NCBI GenBank assembly: GCA_009704425.1
Contig: WLEG01000001.1
Coordinates: 1 to 26,182, forward strand
Length of the DNA stretch: 26,182 bases
Direction: 5' to 3'
DNA from: Actinomycetota bacterium
GTDB lineage: Bacteria; Actinomycetota; Acidimicrobiia; Acidimicrobiales; Ilumatobacteraceae
In this document: one piece after another, positions 6,937-14,933 of the stretch
Position numbering within the stretch: position 1 is the first letter of the stretch
Layout of the letters: each line of letters begins with the position of its first letter
Notes under the pieces: generated by a model
What the model was told of the DNA's origin: nothing
The model's input: the letters and a program-made list of their open reading frames with translations, nothing else
The model's database searches: none
Made by a program: the position numbers and the translations under genes

Positions 6937-8097
6937 ATGTCTTCCAACACTCCCGTCGCGTACATCGTCGATGCCGTCCGCACCCCGGTCGGCCGTCGCG
7001 GTGGCGGACTGTCCACCGTTCACCCGGCCGATCTCGGCGCGCACAGCATCAAGGCGCTCATGAATCGCACCGGTGTCGACCCCTCCGCCGTCGACGACGT
7101 GGTCTTCGGCAACGTGGACTCGGTCGGCCCGCAGGCCGGTTGCATCGCGCGCACGTGTTGGCTGACCGCCGGTCTGCCCGAGCACGTGCCCGGCACCACC
7201 ATCGACCGTCAGTGCGGTTCGGCCCAGCAGGCGGTGCACTTCGCCGCGCAGGCCGTGATGAGCGGAACCATGGATCTGGTCGTGGCCGGTGGCGTGCAGA
7301 ACATGAGCATGATCCCGATCTCGTCGGCCATGACCGCCGGGCAGGCGCTCGGATTCGACGATCCCTTCACCGGCTCACCGGGCTGGACCACGCGTTACGG
7401 CACCGGCGAGGTCAGCCAGTTCGTGGGAGCCGAGATGATGGTCGCGAAGTGGAACCTGTCGCGCGAGGAGATGGAGGAGTTCGCGGTCGAGTCGCACCTG
7501 CGCGCCATCAAGGCCCGCGCCGAGGGTCGCTTCGAGGCCGAGATCGAACCCATGAACGGCGTGCAGCACGACGAGGGTCCGCGCGAACCGAACTGGGACA
7601 AGATCCGCTCCTTGCCCACGCTCACCCCCGACGGGCGTCTCACCGCGGCCTGCGCCAGCCAGATCTCCGACGGCTCGGCGGCGTTGTTGATCGCCAACGA
7701 GGCGGCCGTGAAGGCGCACGGGTTGAAGCCCCGCGCGCGCATTCATCACATGAGCGTGTTGGCCGACGACCCGATCATGATGTTGTCGGCGCCCATTCCG
7801 GCCACCAAGCGCGCCTTGGCCAAGACCGGCATGTCCATCGACGACATCGACCTGGTGGAGATCAACGAGGCCTTCGCACCCGTCGTCATGGCGTGGATGC
7901 GCGAGACCGGATTCGACCGCGCCAAGGTGAACGTGAACGGTGGGGCGATCGCCCTCGGTCACCCGCTCGGCGCCACCGGCGCGCGCCTGATGACCACTCT
8001 GTTGCACGAACTCGAGCGCACCGGCGGCCGGTACGGCCTGCAGACGATGTGCGAGGGTGGCGGCCAGGCCAACGTCACCATCATCGAACGCCTCTGA
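6937..8097 (+). CDS. fadA6: Acetyl-CoA C-acetyltransferase (thiolase), FadA6-like
   Basis: 386 aa with full catalytic motifs DRQCGS, INEAFA, GHPLGATG and TMCEGGG. Segments QNMS.IPISSAM, EKWNLSREEME-like, RARIHH and GGRYGLQTMCEGGG.ANVTIIERL match recalled FadA6 (Rv3556c) rather than FadA5. Confidence 0.8.
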   Translation: MSSNTPVAYIVDAVRTPVGRRGGGLSTVHPADLGAHSIKALMNRTGVDPSAVDDVVFGNVDSVGPQAGCIARTCWLTAGLPEHVPGTTIDRQCGSAQQAVHFAAQAVMSGTMDLVVAGGVQNMSMIPISSAMTAGQALGFDDPFTGSPGWTTRYGTGEVSQFVGAEMMVAKWNLSREEMEEFAVESHLRAIKARAEGRFEAEIEPMNGVQHDEGPREPNWDKIRSLPTLTPDGRLTAACASQISDGSAALLIANEAAVKAHGLKPRARIHHMSVLADDPIMMLSAPIPATKRALAKTGMSIDDIDLVEINEAFAPVVMAWMRETGFDRAKVNVNGGAIALGHPLGATGARLMTTLLHELERTGGRYGLQTMCEGGGQANVTIIERL

Positions 8098-8123
8098 CGG
8101 GTCCGCCCGGAACCGTTCGTCAG
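8094..8123. terminator. Imperfect hairpin between convergent genes
   Basis: ACGGGTCC-GCCC-GGAACCGT (8-bp stem with one mismatch), plus an outer CTGACG/CGTCAG pair that includes both stop codons. No U-tract. Confidence 0.35.
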
Positions 8124-9550
8124 CTGTCGAAGCCCAGACCCAAGCGGTCCATGGTCTTCAACCACATGTTGCGTTTGCCCGTCTTGTCCTCGCGGTCGAG
8201 GCTCCAGCGGGTGGCCTGAACGCCGAAGAACTTGAACGGTTCGGGCGGGAACGGAAGGGGCTTCTCCTTCACGAAACGCGTTTCGGTGGCGCGTGATCGA
8301 CGCCCATCGATGAGGTCCAACATCACCTCGGCTCCGAAGCGCGACGACGCCACGCCGAGACCCGTGTAGCCGACGGCGTAACCCACGCGACCGTTCATGG
8401 CCCGGCCCCAGAACACGCAGAAGCGCGAGCAGGTGTCGATGGCGCCACCCCACATGTGGGAGAACTTCACGTCGTCCAGTTGCGGGAACGTGCGGAAGAA
8501 GTGGGTACTGAGACGGGCCCAACTCTCGGGACGGCTCTCGAGTTCGGAGTTCATCTTCCCGCGGAAGTAGTAGATGGCGTCGTAGCCACCCCACAGGATG
8601 CGGTTGTCCTCGGTGAGTCGGTAGTAGTGGAACTGGTTCGGGATGTCGCTCAGTCCCTGACGGTTCTTCCAGCCGATTCGCGCCAACTGCTCGTCGGTGA
8701 GTGGTTCGGTGACCATGCAGTAGTCGTAGACCGGGATGATGTAGTTGTTCAGTCGCTTGAGCAGTGGCTTGAACGCGTTGGTGGCCAGAGCCACCTTTCC
8801 GGCGCGCACGCGTCCCAACGGTGTCTCGACCAACACCCCGACGCCGTCGCGTTCGATGGCGGTGGCCTTGGTGTCCTCGTAGATGCGAACGCCCAGGGAC
8901 TCCGCGGCGGCTTTCAATCCCCAGACCAAACGGGCGGGGTCCACGATGGCGGCCAGGTCGTGTCGCCACAAGCCGCCGGTGTACGTGGGTGAGTTCACCT
9001 GGGCGCGCATCTGTTCGGCGTCGAGCCAGGTGACCTTCTGGCCCAGCTGTCGCAGTTGCAGGTAGTCCTCGCGCAACTCGTCGGTGTATCCGGCGGGGTG
9101 CAGATCCGAGGCCACGTCGATGACGCCCGTGCGCTCGTAGTCGCAATCGATGTCGTACCGCTTGATGGCCTTCTCGATCTCGTTGAGATTCTGGATGCCG
9201 AGCTCCTCGAGCAACGGAAGTTCGTCACCGAAGCGCGCTTGGCCGTTGGCCACACCGTGCGTGAGCGACGCCTCCATGAAGCCGCCGTTGCGACCACTGG
9301 CCGCCGAACCCACCTCGTGGGCGTCGATCAACACGACGTCGCGCGAGGGGTCGCGCTCCTTGGCGATGATGGCGGTCCACAGACCGGTGTAGCCGCCACC
9401 GACGATGCAGAGATCGCAGGTTTCGGTGCGGACAAGCGTCGGGTTCGCGAGCGGTTCGTCGGCGTCCTCGTACCAGTACGGATACGGGTCTGCGTCGGCG
9501 ATCGCCTCGAGGCTCAACGGGTCGAACTCGGAGTCGCCCTGGATTGACAC
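8120..9550 (-). CDS. FAD-dependent oxidoreductase, PuuB/OrdL (gamma-glutamylputrescine oxidase-like) family
   Basis: DLCIVGGGYTGLWTA dinucleotide fold, ASGRNGGF, FHYYRLTEDNRILWGG, WGGAID and GYTGLGV. Start placed at GTG 9550 because SD-like GGTGAT lies 5 nt upstream; the track gives 9559. Confidence 0.8.
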   Translation of the reverse strand: MSIQGDSEFDPLSLEAIADADPYPYWYEDADEPLANPTLVRTETCDLCIVGGGYTGLWTAIIAKERDPSRDVVLIDAHEVGSAASGRNGGFMEASLTHGVANGQARFGDELPLLEELGIQNLNEIEKAIKRYDIDCDYERTGVIDVASDLHPAGYTDELREDYLQLRQLGQKVTWLDAEQMRAQVNSPTYTGGLWRHDLAAIVDPARLVWGLKAAAESLGVRIYEDTKATAIERDGVGVLVETPLGRVRAGKVALATNAFKPLLKRLNNYIIPVYDYCMVTEPLTDEQLARIGWKNRQGLSDIPNQFHYYRLTEDNRILWGGYDAIYYFRGKMNSELESRPESWARLSTHFFRTFPQLDDVKFSHMWGGAIDTCSRFCVFWGRAMNGRVGYAVGYTGLGVASSRFGAEVMLDLIDGRRSRATETRFVKEKPLPFPPEPFKFFGVQATRWSLDREDKTGKRNMWLKTMDRLGLGFDS

Positions 9551-9570
9551 AAAAATCACCCTTTCGGGTG
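9551..9570 (-). terminator. Small GNRA hairpin plus U-tract that also contains the SD of the downstream gene
   Basis: The minus strand reads TGA-C-CACCC-GAAA-GGGTG-A-TTTTT-GTG. Confidence 0.45.
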
Positions 9571-9571
9571 G

Positions 9572-10504
9572 TCAGGCTACCCCAGTCTCCGACGGGGACG
9601 GTGTCACGATCCTCGAAGCGCGACGGGCCTCCCAACGACCCCAGAACCAGAACGATCCACCGACGTACAGCCACCCCGCCACGATGTCGGTGACGTAGTG
9701 CTCGCCGAAGTACACCAAGGTGAGCCCCATCGCGAACGGAAACGACAGCGAGACCCCGCGCCACCACCGGTTGGGCATTCGGTGCCAGAAGAACACCACC
9801 ACGAACAAGGCGAACGCGGCGTGCAACGAGGGAATGGCCGCGGTGGGGTTGGCCCACTGTTGGCCCTTCAACAGGACGCTGTTGACCGTCTCGAGCCCCA
9901 GTTCGCTCCAACCCCGTCCGGTGGGGCGAGCGAGAGGTTCCATGATGCGGTACGGGTACTTCTCGCTGGCGGCCATCCACGGTGGCGCGGTGGGCAACAC
10001 GACGTACGTGAGAACCCCGGCGAACAACACCGTGGCGAAGCGCCGGATGTAGCGCAACCACTCGTCGCGATATCGCATCCAGAGGTAGACCGACGTGGCC
10101 ACGGGCACGAAGAAATGGGTGAAGTACACCAGCGAACCCAGCACGTCGTACCACCGCACCGACGCCTCGAGGAAATGCCGTTGCATCCACGCGTTCGGGT
10201 CCGTGCCGAGGAACAACGCGCGGTCGATGTTGCGCGGAGCCTCCACTTGCAGCGGGAATCCGAAGGTGTCGGCGACACCGCGGCTGTAGTCGTAGGACAA
10301 CCACATGGCGGCGTAGAAGACCAGGTCGACCACCATCTGGCGTTGTTTGGCGAACGGTTTGCCGATGTTGCCGACGAGGAACGCCCCGCCGACCCATCCG
10401 AGGACGGCCAATCGCGCCACGGGGATGCCGTTGGCCTGGAAGGACCACACGAAGATCAGCCCGTACAGCGCGAGCGCGATGATGCGGACGTTCTTCAGCG
10501 TCAT
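9572..10504 (-). CDS. PAP2-superfamily Aur1/Ipt1-type (inositol phosphotransferase-like) membrane protein
   Basis: Multiple TM helices with motifs YVVLPTAPPWMA, AAIPSLHAAFA and LVYFGEHYVTDIVAG. Start moved to ATG 10504 (MTLKNVRII) because the track start at 10699 lies inside the FAD-subunit gene. Confidence 0.8.
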   Translation of the reverse strand: MTLKNVRIIALALYGLIFVWSFQANGIPVARLAVLGWVGGAFLVGNIGKPFAKQRQMVVDLVFYAAMWLSYDYSRGVADTFGFPLQVEAPRNIDRALFLGTDPNAWMQRHFLEASVRWYDVLGSLVYFTHFFVPVATSVYLWMRYRDEWLRYIRRFATVLFAGVLTYVVLPTAPPWMAASEKYPYRIMEPLARPTGRGWSELGLETVNSVLLKGQQWANPTAAIPSLHAAFALFVVVFFWHRMPNRWWRGVSLSFPFAMGLTLVYFGEHYVTDIVAGWLYVGGSFWFWGRWEARRASRIVTPSPSETGVA

Positions 10505-10538
10505 GAATGCCGTGGTGCTCGACGTGTCGAGCGTCGGA

Positions 10539-11363
10539 TTACTTGGTGGATTCTTCGAGCGCGCGACGAACAAGGACCTTGGCCAGGTGCGTGCGGTATT
10601 CCACGCTGGCGTTGTTGTCCTTCGACGGCGACGCCTCGGCGGCGGCCAGCGCGGCGGCGTCGGCGATGGAGGCGCCATCGGCCAGGGCCTTGCTGACACT
10701 GGTGGCCAACACCGGGGTTTGGCCCATGTTCACGAGCGCCACGCCGGACCCGTTCGAGCCTCGCCACGCGGCCACACCGACGATGGCCCAGTCCTGGGCG
10801 CGACGGTTGAACTTCTGGAAACTCCAGCCGGCGCCGTTCATCTTGGGAACGCGGACCTCGGTGATCATCTCGTCGGCGGCCAGGTCGGACTCCAGGAATC
10901 CCTTGTAGAAGTCGGCGGCCTTGATCTCGCGGGTGCCGTTGGGTCCCTGCACCACGTAGGTGGCGCCGAGGGCCAGCGTGGTGGCGGGCAGATCGGATGC
11001 CGGATCGGCGTGGGCGATGGTGCCACCGATGGTTCCGCGGTGACGCACCTGCGGGTCGCCGACGTGGCCGGCGGCGTGCGCGAGCAGGGGAGCGTGCTGG
11101 GCCAACACCGGTGAGGTCTCCACGTCCATGTGGCGCGTGAGGGCGCCGATGGCGATGTGGTCGCCGGCGTCGCGAATGTAGGACAGGTCCTTGACGCGCG
11201 CGATGTCGACCAGAACGGTCGGCTGCGCGAGACGCAACTTCATCATGGGCAACAAACTGTGGCCGCCGGCGAGGAACTTGGCCTCGTCGCCGTACTGACC
11301 GATGAGCGAGATGGCCTCGGCGGCCGATCCGGCGCGGACGTAATCGAAGGAAGCGGGAATCAT
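10539..11363 (-). CDS. Xanthine dehydrogenase/CODH family FAD-binding medium subunit (CoxM/CutM-like)
   Basis: MIPASFDY.R, KFLAGGHSLLPMMKLR, IAIGALT, QVRHRGTIGG and DPASD. Confidence 0.9.
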   Translation of the reverse strand: MIPASFDYVRAGSAAEAISLIGQYGDEAKFLAGGHSLLPMMKLRLAQPTVLVDIARVKDLSYIRDAGDHIAIGALTRHMDVETSPVLAQHAPLLAHAAGHVGDPQVRHRGTIGGTIAHADPASDLPATTLALGATYVVQGPNGTREIKAADFYKGFLESDLAADEMITEVRVPKMNGAGWSFQKFNRRAQDWAIVGVAAWRGSNGSGVALVNMGQTPVLATSVSKALADGASIADAAALAAAEASPSKDNNASVEYRTHLAKVLVRRALEESTK

Positions 11364-11372
11364 GTCAGTGCC

Positions 11373-11831
11373 TCACTTGCCGGCCGCGGCGAGCACGGAC
11401 TTGACGATGTTGTGGTAGCCGGTGCAACGGCACAGGTTGCCCTCGAGGCCGATACGGATCTCTTCCTCGGTGGGGTTCGGGTTCTCCTTGAGGAGGCTGG
11501 TGGCGGCCATCACCATGCCGGGGGTGCAGTAACCGCACTGCAGGCCGTGGTTCTCCATGAAGGCCTTCTGCATCGGGTGCAGGGTTCCGTCGGCGGCGGC
11601 CATGCCCTCGATGGTGGTGACGGCGGAACCGTCGGCCTGCACGGCCAACACGGTGCAGCTCTTGACGGCCTCTCCGTCGATGTGGACGCTGCACGCACCG
11701 CACGACGAGGTGTCGCAACCGACGTTCGTGCCGGTGAGTCCGAGGACCTCGCGGATGTAGTGGACCAACAGCGTGCGCGGCTCGACGTCGCTCACGTGCT
11801 GCTTTCCATTGACAGTGACGCGGATCTCCAC
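11373..11831 (-). CDS. Xanthine dehydrogenase/CODH family 2x[2Fe-2S] small subunit (CoxS/CutS-like)
   Basis: [10 protein letters not shown]...SC and LQCGYCTPG...[10 protein letters not shown]-like AAGGGGGT upstream. Confidence 0.92.
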   Translation of the reverse strand: MEIRVTVNGKQHVSDVEPRTLLVHYIREVLGLTGTNVGCDTSSCGACSVHIDGEAVKSCTVLAVQADGSAVTTIEGMAAADGTLHPMQKAFMENHGLQCGYCTPGMVMAATSLLKENPNPTEEEIRIGLEGNLCRCTGYHNIVKSVLAAAGK

Positions 11832-11917
11832 GATGTACCCCCTTGACGGCCGAAGTCGACGACGTCGCCGACCTGCATTCTGCCCGATCGGCGGAGCTCC
11901 CCGCTCACCGGACGGTC

Positions 11918-12826
11918 CTACCGTAGACGCTGGATGACCTGCTCAGGAAGTGCCGGCAGGCCGACGACGCGAGGTCCGTGCAACGCCGCCGCGATGGCTT
12001 CGGCGCCGTCCACCAGTCGGGGGCCGGGTCGCACCACGACCGCATCGGCGTCGATCGCCCACACGCTGGCCCGAGCGGGCAGCCGATCCAGGATTCCGCG
12101 GGCCTGTTCGACGGCGCCGGCGAGGTCGTAACCGCAGGGGGAGACGATCACGTGGTCGGGATCGATGGCCGCGATGGCCTCCCAATCGGTGGGAACCGAA
12201 CGTCCACCGGGGACGGCCAACACCGGCTCGGCGCCGGCGGCGCGCACCACGTCGGGCACCCAGTGGCCGCCCACGAAGGGCGGATCCACCCACTCGAGCA
12301 CGAACACCGTCGGGCGCGCGCCATCACCGCGGGCCGCGTCGGTGGCCACGGCCAGAGCGGTCAGCCGTGCGCGAAGCGACGCCACCAGCGCCCGACCGCG
12401 CTCGGGAACACCCGCGGCGTCGGCGACGGTCTGCACCGAATCGATCACCTGGTCGAGGGTCTGGGGGTCGATCTGCAGGACCGTGGCGCGACAGTTCAAT
12501 CGGGCGACCGCCTCGTCGACGTCGCCGCTGGGCACCGCGCACACGCGACACAGATCCTGGCTGAGGATCAGGTCGGGGTCGCATCGCGACAACGCGTCCT
12601 CGTCGAGCCGGTACAACTCGTCACCGGCGGCCAGTCGTCGGCGCACCAATTCGTCGATCTCGAGCGGAGTGAGATGTTTGGTGTCCATGCCACCGACGAC
12701 GATCTCGCGACCCGCTCGGGCCTCGAGCGGATGATTGCATTCGAACGTCACCCCGAGCAGATCGTCACCGAGCCCCAGATCGAAGACGATCTCGGTGGTG
12801 GAGGGCAACAGGCTCACGATGCGCAC
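11918..12826 (-). CDS. BtuF-like helical-backbone ligand-binding protein ('cobalamin-binding protein' family) without signal peptide
   Basis: Begins (M)[17 protein letters not shown], with [40 protein letters not shown] and RPGPRLVDG. Start GTG 12826 is 6 nt after -10 TACTGT. The track start at 13171 overlaps the next gene. Confidence 0.8.
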   Translation of the reverse strand: MRIVSLLPSTTEIVFDLGLGDDLLGVTFECNHPLEARAGREIVVGGMDTKHLTPLEIDELVRRRLAAGDELYRLDEDALSRCDPDLILSQDLCRVCAVPSGDVDEAVARLNCRATVLQIDPQTLDQVIDSVQTVADAAGVPERGRALVASLRARLTALAVATDAARGDGARPTVFVLEWVDPPFVGGHWVPDVVRAAGAEPVLAVPGGRSVPTDWEAIAAIDPDHVIVSPCGYDLAGAVEQARGILDRLPARASVWAIDADAVVVRPGPRLVDGAEAIAAALHGPRVVGLPALPEQVIQRLR

Positions 12827-12860
12827 GAGTGGACAGTAGGCGATCTGGCACGATGGAGGC
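12827..12860. promoter_or_regulatory. 34-bp back-to-back leaderless promoters
   Basis: Minus strand: TACTGT (12833-12838), 6 nt, GTG 12826. Plus strand: CACGAT (12849-12854), 6 nt, ATG 12861. Confidence 0.5.
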
Positions 12861-14138
12861 ATGGGCGGATCCGCGAACTCATCGGGTTGGCAACAGCTGG
12901 TCGACGGCGTCGATCTGCCGTTCCATCCCGATCTCGTCGTTCCGACGTTGCGTGAGGTGCGTCTGGCCATCCCGAATCCGGATCCGGTACCCGATGTCGT
13001 CGGGGCGGCGCGGGCGGCCGTCGTCGACACGTTGCGAACGGCGGTGACCCCGGGCATGACCGTGGCGGTGGGCGGTGGCAGTCGTGGTCTCACGCAACGC
13101 GTCGATCTGTTGCGCGGCACCATCGAGGGTTTGCGCGAACTCGGGGCCGAACCGTTCGTGGTTCCGGCCATGGGCAGTCACGGTGGTGGCACCGCCGACG
13201 GACAGTTGAAGATGCTGGCATCCCTCGGCATGACCGAGGAGTCCGTGGGCGCCGAGATTCGCGCCACCATGGCCACGGTCGAGGTGGCGCGCACCGCGTC
13301 GGGAATGCCCGTCTATCTGGACGAGCACGCCGCGTCCGCCGACCGCATCCTGCCGGTGAACCGCATCAAGCCGCACACGTGCTTCAAGGGACCGATCGAG
13401 AGTGGCTGCACCAAGATGGCCGTGGTCGGCTTCGGCAAGCAACCAGGAGCGGCACAGATCCATTCGTGCGGACCCACCGAGATGCGCGAGCGATTGATGG
13501 ACGGCATCACCGCCTTGCGCGCCACCGGACGCCTGCTCGGCGGAGTCTCGTCGTTGGAGTCCGCGGGCGGAAACGTGGTCGACGTCAGCGGTCTCACGGC
13601 CGACGACGTGGGTGGTGACGCCGAACGTCGTCTCACCGAGCGCGCGCGCGAGCTCGTGCCGCCCCTGCCCTTCGACGAGATCGACGTGCTCATCATCGAG
13701 CGCGGAGGCAAGGACATCTCGGGTACCACCATGGATCCCAACGTGACCGGCCGCTACTGGGTGCACGGACTCGACGATCTGGCGTCGCCACGGGTGGCCA
13801 CCATCGTGTTGCTGGGAATCACCGACGTGTCCGCCGGCAACGTGTTGGGCATCGGACTGGCGGATTTCATCCCGGTCGAGGTGGCCACGCGCATCGATTG
13901 GCAGAAGACCTACCTGAACTGCTTCACGGCCGGCCCGTCCGGAGTGCGCCGTGCGCGCATGCCGATGGTGTTGCCCGACGAGCAGGCGTGCGTGAAGGCC
14001 GCGCTCAGCATGTGCGGCAAGGGAGTGGGTGAACCCAAGCGGGTGGTGCGCATCCGTTCGACGCTCCACCTCACCTCGTGTTGGGTGAGCGAGGCGTTGC
14101 TGGGCGATCTTCCGCCCGGCGCCACTCTCGTGGGTTGA
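12861..14138 (+). CDS. LarA-like (lactate racemase superfamily, nickel-pincer-nucleotide-dependent) isomerase candidate
   Basis: Motifs GSRG, VPAMGSHGG, NRIKPHT, ESGCTKM..VGFGK..GA..IH and GKDISGT.MDPNV.GR. H107, H172, K185 and H201 fall at the spacing of LarA H108, H174, K184 and H200. Confidence 0.7.
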   Translation: MGGSANSSGWQQLVDGVDLPFHPDLVVPTLREVRLAIPNPDPVPDVVGAARAAVVDTLRTAVTPGMTVAVGGGSRGLTQRVDLLRGTIEGLRELGAEPFVVPAMGSHGGGTADGQLKMLASLGMTEESVGAEIRATMATVEVARTASGMPVYLDEHAASADRILPVNRIKPHTCFKGPIESGCTKMAVVGFGKQPGAAQIHSCGPTEMRERLMDGITALRATGRLLGGVSSLESAGGNVVDVSGLTADDVGGDAERRLTERARELVPPLPFDEIDVLIIERGGKDISGTTMDPNVTGRYWVHGLDDLASPRVATIVLLGITDVSAGNVLGIGLADFIPVEVATRIDWQKTYLNCFTAGPSGVRRARMPMVLPDEQACVKAALSMCGKGVGEPKRVVRIRSTLHLTSCWVSEALLGDLPPGATLVG

Positions 14139-14933
14139 TCAGCGGTCGTACCGACGCAGACCCGTGAGGGCGAAGGCCGTGCTGACGACGAACATCGCCG
14201 CCATCGCCACCAAACCGCCCCACGTCTGGGCCCACGTGATGTCGCCGAGGAATCCCTGTCGCGCGAAGCGCAGGATGTTGGTCATCGGGTTGACGCGGGC
14301 GCACGCGCGCAGCCATCCGCTCATCTCCGACAGGGGCACCTGCGACGTCGACAGGAAGATCCCGAAGAAGATGGCGAACTGCGTGAGGGTGGCCGCACCC
14401 ATGTTGCGCATGCGGAACGTGAGGCCGAGAGCGAGACCGCAGGCGCTGAGGGCCACCATCACCGAGGCGACGACCACCATGAGGATGGCCAACGGTCCGC
14501 CGGGCGTGTGCAGGCCACCGAGGAAACTGACGAGGACCACGAACGTGACGGGCACGACACTGCGCGCGATGGCGGCGGCGTAGGAACCGAACACGATCAC
14601 CGAACGGCGCATGGGGGCCATCAACACGCGGTCGAAGAATCCGGTCTCCATGTCGTTGAGCAGACCGAAACTGACGCCCAGTGCGCCGAAGCTGGCTCCC
14701 TGGATGGCGTTGAGCGGCATGTACCAGTTCATCGGATCGATGTCGAGCAGTCGCACCGCGGCACCGAAGGCGCCGCTGAACGCGATCAATTGGAACACCG
14801 GCATGATGAGCGACGGGATGAACGCCGACGGCATGCGGCGAACGCGCAACAGTGTCCGCCGCACCAGTGCCGCGATCACCTCCATGGATCGTGCGTCGGC
14901 GTCGTGGCGGCGGGATTCGACGACGGTGCTCAT
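14139..14933 (-). CDS. ABC-2 type exporter permease
   Basis: Six-TM pattern with DMETGFFDRVLMAPMRRS and NPMTNI. Start is ATG 14933 (ATGA overlap with the upstream permease); the track start at 15113 is over-extended. Confidence 0.88.
   Translation of the reverse strand: MSTVVESRRHDADARSMEVIAALVRRTLLRVRRMPSAFIPSLIMPVFQLIAFSGAFGAAVRLLDIDPMNWYMPLNAIQGASFGALGVSFGLLNDMETGFFDRVLMAPMRRSVIVFGSYAAAIARSVVPVTFVVLVSFLGGLHTPGGPLAILMVVVASVMVALSACGLALGLTFRMRNMGAATLTQFAIFFGIFLSTSQVPLSEMSGWLRACARVNPMTNILRFARQGFLGDITWAQTWGGLVAMAAMFVVSTAFALTGLRRYDR

Noticed and set aside
10517-10532. GCTCGA-CGTG-TCGAGC hairpin after the FAD-subunit gene as a terminator
   Set aside because: Short stem with no U-tract; too weak to call.
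10570-10582. ACAAGGACCTTGG resembling a KstR2 box
   Set aside because: The spacer is 3 nt rather than 2, and it lies inside the FAD-subunit coding sequence, far from the fadE/fadA genes.
11918-12826. A B12 uptake system with cobalamin riboswitch
   Set aside because: No signal peptide, no BtuCD-type permease, and only 34 bp upstream, which leaves no room for a riboswitch.
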